This document shows, piece after piece, positions 1 to 8,081 of a stretch of DNA of 64,000 bases. The stretch is taken from the NCBI GenBank assembly GCA_965238175.1, contig CBDEGZ010000003.1, positions 3,072,001 to 3,136,000 of the forward strand, given 5' to 3'. This stretch comes from Gammaproteobacteria bacterium (GTDB lineage Bacteria; Pseudomonadota; Gammaproteobacteria; CAJXQU01). Made by a program: the position numbers and the translations under genes. The notes below the pieces were generated by a model. That model had not been told where the DNA came from and did no database searches. It saw only the letters and a list, made by a program, of their open reading frames with translations. Within the stretch, counting starts at the first letter, position 1. Every line of letters starts with the position of its first letter.

Positions 1-254
1 TTTCTCAGCAAACTGATTCTCACGAAGTAACAGAAGCAGTCCAACAAATGGTATCTGCTACAGAAGAAATTACTGGTAATATTCATGTTGCAGCCAATTC
101 TGCTGATGAAGCTAATAAATCCGTACTACAAGGCAAGGCGGCTATTAAGGCGGTTAATTTATCGATAAACTCACTGGCAACTAAATTACAATCCTCAAGC
201 GGAGTGGCGAAAGAATTAGAAGAAAATACCAATGATATTAATTCAATATTAAAT
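1..254 (+). pseudogene. Methyl-accepting chemotaxis protein, 5' part (runs off window start), interrupted by IS481
   Basis: MCP methylation-helix-like sequence ...EAVQQMVSATEEI...LEENTNDINSILN; the frame resumes after the IS once the 7-bp duplication is removed (NSILN|[25 protein letters not shown]). Confidence 0.9.
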
Positions 255-1480
255 TGTAGAAGTTTAGACCCAATCTGACACATCACTAAATCAAGCGGAG
301 CGTAGCGACGCTTGATTTAGTGAGAGTTACCCGCTTTGATGTAACTGCAACGTAAACATCAAAACACAAAGAGGTAACTCTCATGATTCATACTAATGAC
401 AAAGTTATAAAACATAAAGTTGGTCTACTCAATCTCGCTGAAGAACTCGGCAATGTCTCAAAAGCCTGCAAGATGATGGGTTTGTCCAGAGATACATTTT
501 ATCGCTACAAAGAAGCGGCTGATGAAGGCGGTGTAGAAGCCTTGTTTGATCGTAATCGGCGTACCCCAAATCTTAAAAACAGAATCGACCCGGCTATTGA
601 AACCGTTGTGCTCGAGTATGCACTGGAAGAGCCCGCACATGGTCAAACGCGCACCAGTAACGAGCTGCGCAAACGGGGAACATTTGTCTCACCCAGTGGC
701 GTTCGTTGTATCTGGCTTCGTCATGGTCTTGCTTGCTTTAAAGATCGCCTGAAGGCATTGTCTGATAAGGTAGCTGGTGAAGGCTTGATCCTCACTGAGT
801 CTCAAGTCGCGGCGATGGAACGCAAGAAAGACGACGATGAGGCTTGTGGCGAGATAGAGACGGCACACCCTGGTTATCTTGGCTCGCAAGATACTTACTA
901 TGTCGGTACTTTCAAAGGCATTGGTCGGGTTTATCAACAAACGTTTGTTGATACTTACAGCAAGGTCGCTCACGCGAAACTGTACCCGACTAAAACACCG
1001 ATTACGGCAGCTGACATGCTCAATGACCGCGTCCTCCCATTCTACGAAGAACAACGTTTGCCTATGTTGCGCATTTTGACAGATAGAGGGACGGAGTATT
1101 GTGGGCGAGCTGACCAGCATGATTATCAGCTTTATATGGCGTTGAACAATATCGAACACACCAAAACCAAGGTCAAATCACCTCAGACGAATGGTATTTG
1201 TGAGCGATTCCATAAGACGATCCTCAATGAGTTTTATCAAGTCGCTTTGCGTAAGAAAATTTACCAATCGATTGATGAACTGCAACTCGACCTTGACGAA
1301 TGGTTGCTCAAATACAATACTCAACGAACTCACCAAGGCAAAATGTGCTGCGGGAGGACGCCGATGGAAACACTCATCGACGGACAAGCTATCTGGAAGG
1401 AAAAGTTTTTGAACTAAACTTAACCTGACAGTCAGTTACAGAAAAAGGGGTAACTGTCAGATCAAGTCTGAATTTCTACA
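255..1480 (+). mobile_element. IS481-family insertion sequence, copy 1 (1226 bp)
   Basis: Ends TGT...ACA; imperfect 26-bp terminal IRs (TGTAGAAGTTTAGACCCAATCTGACA vs TGTAGAAATTCAGACTTGATCTGACA, 21/26); 7-bp target duplication ATTAAAT at 248-254 and 1481-1487. Confidence 0.95.
383..1417 (+). CDS. IS481-family DDE transposase
   Basis: N-terminal HTH ([20 protein letters not shown]) and rve integrase core (QDT...TDRGTEY...[13 protein letters not shown]). Confidence 0.95.
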   Translation: MIHTNDKVIKHKVGLLNLAEELGNVSKACKMMGLSRDTFYRYKEAADEGGVEALFDRNRRTPNLKNRIDPAIETVVLEYALEEPAHGQTRTSNELRKRGTFVSPSGVRCIWLRHGLACFKDRLKALSDKVAGEGLILTESQVAAMERKKDDDEACGEIETAHPGYLGSQDTYYVGTFKGIGRVYQQTFVDTYSKVAHAKLYPTKTPITAADMLNDRVLPFYEEQRLPMLRILTDRGTEYCGRADQHDYQLYMALNNIEHTKTKVKSPQTNGICERFHKTILNEFYQVALRKKIYQSIDELQLDLDEWLLKYNTQRTHQGKMCCGRTPMETLIDGQAIWKEKFLN

Positions 1481-1985
1481 ATTAAATGTAATTCGTGGTA
1501 TTGCCGACCAAACTAATTTACTTGCACTCAATGCCGCCATTGAAGCAGCTAGAGCGGGTGAAAATGGCCGTGGTTTTGCCGTTGTTGCTGATGAAGTAAG
1601 GGCCTTGGCACATCGAACACAGGCGTCAACAACAGAAATACAGTCTTTGGTCGAACATTTTCAGAAAAATGTGAAAAGTACAGTTGATGTCATGCAAGAA
1701 GGCTCAGCAAGTTCCTTGTTGGCTACCGAAGATAGCTCTAATGCAACACAAGCACTTGATGAAATCGGCAAACAGATTTATGACATTTTTCAGTTAAACA
1801 CCAATATCGCAAGCTCTTCAGAAGAACAAGGCGCTATTATAAAGAATATTAATGAGAGTATTCAAAGCATAAATGAGAAAGCAAAAGAAACAGCAACTCA
1901 ATCGAATAAAACAAGTCAGTCAAGCACTCAAATAGAGTCAACAGCTTCCGAACTTCAATCATTAATTGCTACTTATAAATTCTAA
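1481..1985 (+). pseudogene. Methyl-accepting chemotaxis protein, 3' part (signalling domain)
   Basis: Encodes [40 protein letters not shown], the canonical MCP hairpin tip; stop at 1985; cut off from its 5' half by the IS. Confidence 0.92.
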
Positions 1986-2207
1986 ACAATTAGGCATTTT
2001 TATATTCCTAATATTCTGATGTCAGGCATTCTACGAAACAGCTATTTCTATTTCCAAGTACGCCAATAACAACGACACATTCAGACATAAAATGCTACTG
2101 ATCTTAAGATCGGCAAATAACCTGATGTGATGGTCTCCTCCCCCTAACGGCATCTAGGTGCCATGATTGAACTGACATACACACAATCAAAAGAGGAGAA
2201 GACCAAA

Positions 2208-3221
2208 ATGAAGACTACAACAATCGGGTTAGACATAGCAAAAAACGTATTTCATGCTGTCTGCTGTAATCAACAAGGGCGTATAATCAAAAAGAAAATG
2301 TTAAAGCGAGCGCAGGTACTCTCCTTTTTTCAATCTCAACCTCCTTGTTTAGTCGCAATAGAATCTTGTGCAACGTCACAGTATTGGGCCCGAGCGATAC
2401 AACAACAGGGACATCAGGTGAAATTACTACCACCTCAGCATGTTAACGCATTTCTAATCGGCAATAAGAATGATTATAACGATGCCTTGGCCATCGCCGT
2501 TGCTGCGAAACAACCTCATTTAAAAAGTGTGGGCATTAAATCAGTTGAGCAACAAGACAACCAGGCACAACATAAAGCAAGAGACTTAGCGGTCAGACAA
2601 AGAACCGCATTATGTAACCAAATGAGAGCGCTTGTTGCAGAATATGGCATTAGCCTTCGTCCCGGCCTAAATACCCTACGTCAATCTATCCCGTTGCTAT
2701 TAAGTGATGAGAACGAACGGTTGTCCGTTACTTTCAAAAGGATACTGCGCCAGCTAAAGGAACAATGGCAATCACTTGATGCCTGTATTGCGACATTTGA
2801 CCAATTGATCATTCAATCGGCAAAAAACAATGCGATTTGCCAACGCTTACAAACTATTCCAGGGTTTGGGCCGATGGTCTCGAGCGCGTATTTTAATGAA
2901 GTGGGAAACGGCGCTCATTATCACAAAGGGCGCGATGTGTCCGCCTCATTAGGACTTGTTCCACGACAGTACAGTAGTGGTGGTAAAGAGGTGCTACTGG
3001 GGATCAGTAAACGCGGCAATAAATACCTTCGTTGTTTGTTAATTCTAGGCGCGAAGGCCGTGGTATCAAGAGCCAAAACGAAAGGCGATAAACTGAGTCA
3101 ATGGATTAATCGTTTAGTTGAGACGCGGGGGCATAATCGAGCGTGTGTGGCGTATGCCAACAAAATGGCAAGAATGGCCTGGGCTATAACGGTTTCTGGT
3201 GATGACTACTCACCGGCCTAA
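2208..3221 (+). CDS. IS110/IS1111-family DEDD transposase (recombinase)
   Basis: GLDIAK, IESC and KNDYNDA DEDD RuvC-like motifs; C-terminal TIPGFG and GLVPRQYSSGG (catalytic Ser) motifs; start placed at the ATG after the GAGGAG RBS (ORF track starts at 2163). Confidence 0.95.
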   Translation: MKTTTIGLDIAKNVFHAVCCNQQGRIIKKKMLKRAQVLSFFQSQPPCLVAIESCATSQYWARAIQQQGHQVKLLPPQHVNAFLIGNKNDYNDALAIAVAAKQPHLKSVGIKSVEQQDNQAQHKARDLAVRQRTALCNQMRALVAEYGISLRPGLNTLRQSIPLLLSDENERLSVTFKRILRQLKEQWQSLDACIATFDQLIIQSAKNNAICQRLQTIPGFGPMVSSAYFNEVGNGAHYHKGRDVSASLGLVPRQYSSGGKEVLLGISKRGNKYLRCLLILGAKAVVSRAKTKGDKLSQWINRLVETRGHNRACVAYANKMARMAWAITVSGDDYSPA

Positions 3222-3239
3222 ATAGAGAGAACAAATCAT

Positions 3240-3450
3240 TTCAACGAATTGCGAAGGTAAAACTAAAGATGGCATAACAGGTCAAACCAGCCTATTGAAA
3301 ACCTGTCGAGCTCAGGGGTAACTAATACCGATAACCTGATAAGGAAAATAGGCGCGTAATACATCCAGGTCAGAAGTTGAAAACTTCATTGAAGGCCGTA
3401 TATATGACAGCAATCCTGTCCCTGTTATCTGAATGTTTTATCTTGCAATA
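3240..3450 (+). ncRNA. Predicted bridge RNA / seekRNA of the IS1111-type element (boundaries approximate)
   Basis: Stem GCCTATT(3290-3296)/AATAGGC(3347-3353) encloses GAGCTCAGG and ATAACCTGA, which match the two strands of the reconstructed insertion target; ATATATGA (3400-3407) matches the circle junction. Confidence 0.7.
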
Positions 3451-3470
3451 CGGGAGGAGACCATATATGA

Positions 3471-3700
3471 ACTCAAGATTCATGGAGCTTTCCACAGGGA
3501 CTAACCCAGTGATCCGCTCACCACTAAGCGTCCGACCCAAAACAGCTGAATAGATATCCACCGCTGTTCCTAATGGCGTAAATCCGACGCCTAGGTCAAC
3601 TGTCTTCCCAAACTCCCACAGCAGATCCACAAAATTCAATGGATCATTCCCCACATAGGCATACATATTCAACCTATAAGCAATTGGATCCGGTTGTAAA
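3471..3700 (-). pseudogene. RHS repeat-associated core / pre-toxin TG remnant
   Basis: Minus strand reads LQPDPIAYRLNMYAYVGNDPLNFVD (RHS core end motif), then DLGVGFTPLGTAVDIYSAVLGRTLSGERITG (PT-TG-like); no upstream RHS body and no toxin domain. Confidence 0.75.
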
Positions 3701-3791
3701 GATCAATTCACTCCGACCCTCTCTGCCCCTGTTGATCCAAGGACGACCAAGATTGAACAAATGTTACTATTAATAACTTGAGGAAGAAGAT

Positions 3792-4214
3792 ATGAAACTT
3801 TGGAATACATGCGAAGGTACTGGTAGCCTTCCAAAAAAAGCAATCGTAATATTCAATGCCTTCGAACAGAAGTTCAATGACTATATTACCGAAAAGAACT
3901 ACGGCAGCGGATTGAAGCAATGGTCGGTCATATTTATTATCGCTGGCGGACCGCTGGATCCAGGCTTTACTGAAAGAACTATGGTAAAGAGAAGCACACA
4001 GAAGATGGATTTTCGCTTGCGGGTAGATTTTGAGGCTTTTAAAAAAGGTAACACACAAAAACGCACTTTTCTAATGTATGATACTTTGCTTCGATCCCTA
4101 GATATTCTCGCGGCAAAGAAGGTCAAAGACTTCGACCTTGACAGTCTAAGAAAAGATTTTGAGGCTTGCGCAGGGCTGAATGGTTGGAATATCGATCCTG
4201 ATGAAACCGTCTGA
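3792..4214 (+). CDS. Putative polymorphic-toxin immunity protein (Imm44-like)
   Basis: 140 aa with GAGG RBS; NYGSGL...F.ER....K..DFRLRVDFEAF...KDFD pattern resembles Imm44/Imm12-type proteins; next to the RHS remnant. Confidence 0.6.
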   Translation: MKLWNTCEGTGSLPKKAIVIFNAFEQKFNDYITEKNYGSGLKQWSVIFIIAGGPLDPGFTERTMVKRSTQKMDFRLRVDFEAFKKGNTQKRTFLMYDTLLRSLDILAAKKVKDFDLDSLRKDFEACAGLNGWNIDPDETV

Positions 4215-4408
4215 AACGTAGGGATTTATGACCAAGTGCATTCGCCCCGCAGGAAACAGTCCAATGTCATCAACTATGATCCTAAAACCAAACAATGACT
4301 CTGGTTGAGAATATCTCGCCAAAGTCACAGACTGATGGCCAGATGAGAGCAAAGTTTTTGACATAAGGGTGCTGCAGAAAGCTAATCATCGATATTTTGG
4401 TACATTAA

Positions 4409-5242
4409 GTGATGAAAAAAAGAATTGATCTAATGTGGGTTATTGGCAAATTGCCAACACAAAAACAGCTTGCCGACGTTTTTTTCTTGCTATCAAAACA
4501 AGCCGACAGGACGCTGCAATTCGTAAGCACTCAAGATGCTTCGTTTAAGATGCGTGAATTGAGAGCCAAGCAAGGTTATCCCAATTTTTCTATTCCAGAT
4601 AATGCTCACATCCACCTGAGCATTCTTGCTCATGATGTTCCGAAGGGGCAGGATAGAAGATATCCGGACTTTAGCATCCATTTTGTAAGTATAGGGTTAA
4701 AATTTTCCCCACCTTATATATTGCACCTTATCATTGCGGAGAAACATCTATCTGCTTCACTTGATGAGTTCGTTTTTAATTGCAGTGCAATCGTAGCCAA
4801 AAAACTCCGAGTTACTTACGGTTACGGGTTAATTTGTGCATTCCGAGATGACGAGATTGAATATAGTCAGGGATCAACGGGGGTGAGTGAATCTGAAAAT
4901 CCAATGTTCGAAAAACTGGCAAAGGAAGTCAGGAAACTCGAAAATGGAACGTGCTTCCGAAAGATGGCATCTGGAGAGATCCTTCGTTCAGTATATCGTT
5001 GGAATATAACCAATGAGAAACTAAAAAATATCAGCGAATCTTCAGGGGAAGTTACGGTTCGTCAGCTTAACAACGATCTGTTTTTTTGGTTCTTGCCCAA
5101 GGAGAAAAAGGAAATAGTGTTTGATAAATTCAGAGAACTTGGCAAAACAGTTTACACTGAATGGGTTGACTATGAGGACTATGTACCCTGCCGACACTTT
5201 CTAGTTGATGTTGACGATTGGAATGCTATCAACGAGCTTTAG
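4409..5242 (+). CDS. Hypothetical protein, possibly an orphan immunity protein
   Basis: 277-aa open frame; YGYG and ILRSVYRWNI segments are reminiscent of toxin-immunity proteins; function is inferred from context only. Confidence 0.55.
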   Translation: MMKKRIDLMWVIGKLPTQKQLADVFFLLSKQADRTLQFVSTQDASFKMRELRAKQGYPNFSIPDNAHIHLSILAHDVPKGQDRRYPDFSIHFVSIGLKFSPPYILHLIIAEKHLSASLDEFVFNCSAIVAKKLRVTYGYGLICAFRDDEIEYSQGSTGVSESENPMFEKLAKEVRKLENGTCFRKMASGEILRSVYRWNITNEKLKNISESSGEVTVRQLNNDLFFWFLPKEKKEIVFDKFRELGKTVYTEWVDYEDYVPCRHFLVDVDDWNAINEL

Positions 5243-5614
5243 GCTAACTTGCGGTGCGTGCAGCCTTTTAGAGTCAGGTCTAACGTACGCTATGCTCGAT
5301 CATAAATCGACCGCCCTCAAGAGCGCCATCCCATAACTTAAAAGTCGAGCTTAAAAGAGTATATAAAGACAGTACAATAACTTTCACAAGTGTCCGTAAT
5401 CTCAAATAATGCCCCAATCAATAGAGTCAACTGGTGCTGCAATACATCCGTATTAAGACCAGCCGAGCGCCTTCTCCTGGATATCCAACTTCCGATCAGC
5501 CTGCCCTTGCAGGTCGAGCCGACTGACGCCCATTTCTTTCACGCCAAAGGCGGTGTAGATCGTTCCCATTGATTTCTATCCTATGGTTAGTCCAACTCTC
5601 TAACGACAATCGTT

Positions 5615-5661
5615 CCCCAAGTTTGGAATTTGGTAGCTAATAATTTTCTCGCAGGAAAGCG
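5615..5661. repeat. Junction repeat R1 of a three-copy direct repeat
   Basis: AAGTTTGGAATTTGGTAGCTAATAATTTTCTC (5619-5650) is identical to 6714-6745; both are followed 3 bp later by GGAAAGCG. Confidence 0.9.
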
Positions 5662-5666
5662 GTGCA

Positions 5667-6560
5667 CTAGACTCCATTCAATGCCTGATAAGTGATTCCT
5701 CTAGGCCTGTTTGGATGCGCGGCATCTGGTCCACTTTCGATGACTTCGTAGCCTCGTCCTTCAAAAATATAGTCAGCGATAGCGCGTTCCTGTGCGATCA
5801 TCTCTGATATGTCTTCAATCAAGTCTTCGTAGTCACCGTGCGTATCACCATTTTCTTCGATAGGTCCCTCAGGTGCAAGGGGATAAACATCAGTCAGTAT
5901 ACCGAGATCCTCAACAAGTTCCATGTCATGATTTACCTTTGGCCGCTTGTCCAACTCACAAAACAGGTCAAGATATCTATCTCTTACTTCCTCTTCTTTT
6001 ATTTGGGGATGAATTAGTATTTTCTTCATGGCCATTTCCGGAAACAGTTTCCGAAATATCCCAGGTATGAATAAGCACTCCGATTCGATAATCTCGTCGC
6101 CTGCAAGACAATAGCCATCCTCCATATCAACGAAGGATTCGATAATTTCCACTAAAGGATCGTCATCAACCTCTCTGCCAAGCTTTCGATCAATATCGTA
6201 AGCGCTCAGTTCAAAAAACATTTGAAATTGCAGGCCAGAAAACGCGGCTGTCTTCGCGATTACTTGCTCATTTTTCAAATTGCGTCCTGAAGCAAAATCT
6301 ACTATTGGAGATATGATTATACTTAGCAATCCGAGCGAGTGATACACAGTGAAGAAATGAGAATAATAGTTTCTGCTTGAAATAGAAAATCTTGATATTT
6401 GGTCATTATTCAATACTTCTTTTTCTGTACCAAACAAATTCTTGATTACATCAACCCGATTACATTTTTCGAAAGCCAGTATAACGTCAGTTTCAATGAT
6501 ATATGAGCTAAAGCGATCCTTATCGGCACAACTTACCGGAATTTTCTTTAGTTGTGACAT
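5667..6560 (-). CDS. Acidic hypothetical protein, paralogue A
   Basis: 297 aa with AGGAG RBS; shares IAQE.AI.DY.FEGR.Y and K.LF...N...S.F.I.SRN motifs with the ORF at 6701-7624. Confidence 0.8.
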   Translation of the reverse strand: MSQLKKIPVSCADKDRFSSYIIETDVILAFEKCNRVDVIKNLFGTEKEVLNNDQISRFSISSRNYYSHFFTVYHSLGLLSIIISPIVDFASGRNLKNEQVIAKTAAFSGLQFQMFFELSAYDIDRKLGREVDDDPLVEIIESFVDMEDGYCLAGDEIIESECLFIPGIFRKLFPEMAMKKILIHPQIKEEEVRDRYLDLFCELDKRPKVNHDMELVEDLGILTDVYPLAPEGPIEENGDTHGDYEDLIEDISEMIAQERAIADYIFEGRGYEVIESGPDAAHPNRPRGITYQALNGV

Positions 6561-6569
6561 GATCTACTC

Positions 6570-6646
6570 CTATTGTGAAAAATTAGGATTTCGCCAGATC
6601 AAAGTTTTCCCCGTCCGGTTGTCTAATATGATTAGCTGCGCGGCAT
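6570..6646 (-). pseudogene. Frameshifted microORF (MPQLIILDNRTGKTLIWRNPNFSQ after removing 2 nt)
   Basis: ATG at 6646; 77 nt to TAG at 6572-6570; deleting 2 nt from the CCGCGCAG stretch gives a peptide collinear with the microORF at 7638-7703. Confidence 0.5.
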
Positions 6647-6692
6647 TTCTTTTAACTGTACCGTATCACGCGCCTTACGATTCAGTTTTCCA

Positions 6693-6756
6693 AACTTGTT
6701 TCAATTTTTCCCTAAGTTTGGAATTTGGTAGCTAATAATTTTCTCTTTGGAAAGCG
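6693..6756. repeat. Junction repeat R2
   Basis: Contains the 32-bp block identical to R1 and a 35-bp block (6693-6727) matching R3 at 31/35 without gaps. Confidence 0.9.
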
Positions 6757-7624
6757 TATAACTGACTTCCCTCTGGTAGTCTCGCCCCTCAAACAGATAG
6801 TCAACAATCGCTTGCTCCTGCGCAATCAGTTCAGGATTGTCATCAAATTCTGCAAGATTATCAACCTCATCGTAAGTGTCGATATGGTCACCCAAATCAA
6901 AATCAAAGGCATCATAGGGCTCTAAAGTATCCACATAGGCAAATTTACCGACCAAACCTGGGTAACGAGACATCTTTACGGGTAAGTCAACATTTGAGCC
7001 ACCACAATGATCGTAGAGCTCCTGCTTGACCAGGAGTTGACTTTGAATGGAAGGGTAAAATATATCAGTAAGTTCACCCTGGTAAATTATTTCATGCCAA
7101 TAATTTTTATCCGTCAAAAACGCAAAAACAGTGGGACGATAATTTAGTAAAAACTCCAAAAATTCAAATTTCGGTAAATATACATCCCGACGCCGCTCGT
7201 CAATCGTAAGCTTATTCTCGTCGCTAAAGTAATTTAGTGTTAGATTGATATATTTAGTGCCCCGCAACAATTGGCTAGTTGATAACTTGTCTTGGATTGC
7301 TGTTAACTTGTCGTTTGCATCTGGCTTCGATTTATCATCATAATCACACTCAAATTCGTAATCAGAATAGGTGATCAAATCAATTGAACCATGAAACAAG
7401 CCCCCGAAAGAAATTTCAATGTTTTGAGAAATCAGATTTCTGCTTCTAATACAAAAACTTGATACATCTTTTGGATTGAATATATTGCCATCCAACTTAA
7501 ACAGGAGCTTTACAAAAGCGAGTAGGTCCCATTCTCTAACGACAATGTAAAAGTTGTCATCCCCAACTATCCATCCTTGATCCAGGTCGCTGTCGTCAAC
7601 AGTACGAAATTCAATCTGTTGCAT
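6701..7624 (-). CDS. Acidic hypothetical protein, paralogue B
   Basis: Start placed at MQQIEF after GGAG RBS (track start 7684); motifs shared with paralogue A; the last ~18 codons read through repeat R2. Confidence 0.8.
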   Translation of the reverse strand: MQQIEFRTVDDSDLDQGWIVGDDNFYIVVREWDLLAFVKLLFKLDGNIFNPKDVSSFCIRSRNLISQNIEISFGGLFHGSIDLITYSDYEFECDYDDKSKPDANDKLTAIQDKLSTSQLLRGTKYINLTLNYFSDENKLTIDERRRDVYLPKFEFLEFLLNYRPTVFAFLTDKNYWHEIIYQGELTDIFYPSIQSQLLVKQELYDHCGGSNVDLPVKMSRYPGLVGKFAYVDTLEPYDAFDFDLGDHIDTYDEVDNLAEFDDNPELIAQEQAIVDYLFEGRDYQREVSYTLSKEKIISYQIPNLGKN

Positions 7625-7637
7625 TTTGGTCTCCGCT

Positions 7638-7703
7638 TTATCTGGCCATATTGAAATGCAGTATCCTGCCTGTTCTTTGATCAATCAGGATAACTTGTTT
7701 CAT
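7638..7703 (-). CDS. Putative 21-aa microprotein MKQVILIDQRTGRILHFNMAR
   Basis: ATG follows GGGGGAAA inside repeat R3; stop lies just before the RBS of paralogue B; homologous peptide upstream of paralogue A. Confidence 0.5.
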   Translation of the reverse strand: MKQVILIDQRTGRILHFNMAR

Positions 7704-7726
7704 TTTCCCCCAAAGTTTGGAATTTG
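7692..7726. repeat. Junction repeat R3
   Basis: AACTTGTTTCATTTTCCCCCAAAGTTTGGAATTTG vs R2 AACTTGTTTCAATTTTTCCCTAAGTTTGGAATTTG. Confidence 0.85.
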
Positions 7727-7977
7727 ATCCTGTTTTTCGCAATTCTTGCAAAAATTCGTTTGCATTTTATCATCAGAGACTCGCACTACGAAGGAAATTT
7801 CGAGCTTGCCTATTATTAATTTTATTCGATATATTACCTATCATACTCTGATCACCCTGGCAAAATTCTGACAACTTGTTTTATGGCATTACCATCATCA
7901 GAATAAATTTGAAGTAGAGAATGCATATGATCGAGATATTTAAAAAAGGAAAATTACGTCCTTTAAATGATCAAAAC

Positions 7978-8004
7978 GTAATGATTAATATTTTAAATCA
8001 TTAC
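7978..8004. promoter_or_regulatory. Dyad upstream of catalase, candidate peroxide/iron regulator site
   Basis: GTAATGATT-N9-AATCATTAC perfect inverted repeat ~80 bp upstream of katA; half-sites resemble Fur/PerR-type boxes; regulator identity is inference. Confidence 0.4.
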
Positions 8005-8081
8005 CATTTAAACAATTAATTTTATTTATCATACTTTCCTTACTATTATGATTCTTCGAATCCAGCAATGAGGAAGTAGAG

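Larger units (their letters stand above)
2123..3467 (+). mobile_element. IS110-family (IS1111 group) insertion sequence
   Basis: Perfect 13-bp sub-terminal IRs ATGGTCTCCTCCC (2130-2142) / GGGAGGAGACCAT (3452-3464); core TGA at 2123-2125 and 3468-3470; long non-coding region downstream of the transposase, as in IS1111/IS4321. Confidence 0.9.

Noticed and set aside
458-1412. Alternative-frame ORFs inside the IS481 copies (also 10039-10993)
   Set aside because: Shadows of the transposase; conserved only because the IS is duplicated.
3370-3470. C-terminal part of the 100-aa ORF 3370-3672
   Set aside because: It reads into the IS1111 right end; only the part beyond 3470 is RHS-derived.
5240-5300. 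GGCTAAC/GTCTAAC after the 277-aa ORF as integron attC inverse cores
   Set aside because: No matching GTTRRRY core or attC dyad within a normal distance; no integrase nearby.
5615-7726. Three direct repeats as a CRISPR array
   Set aside because: Spacing is about 1 kb with whole genes between; no cas genes.
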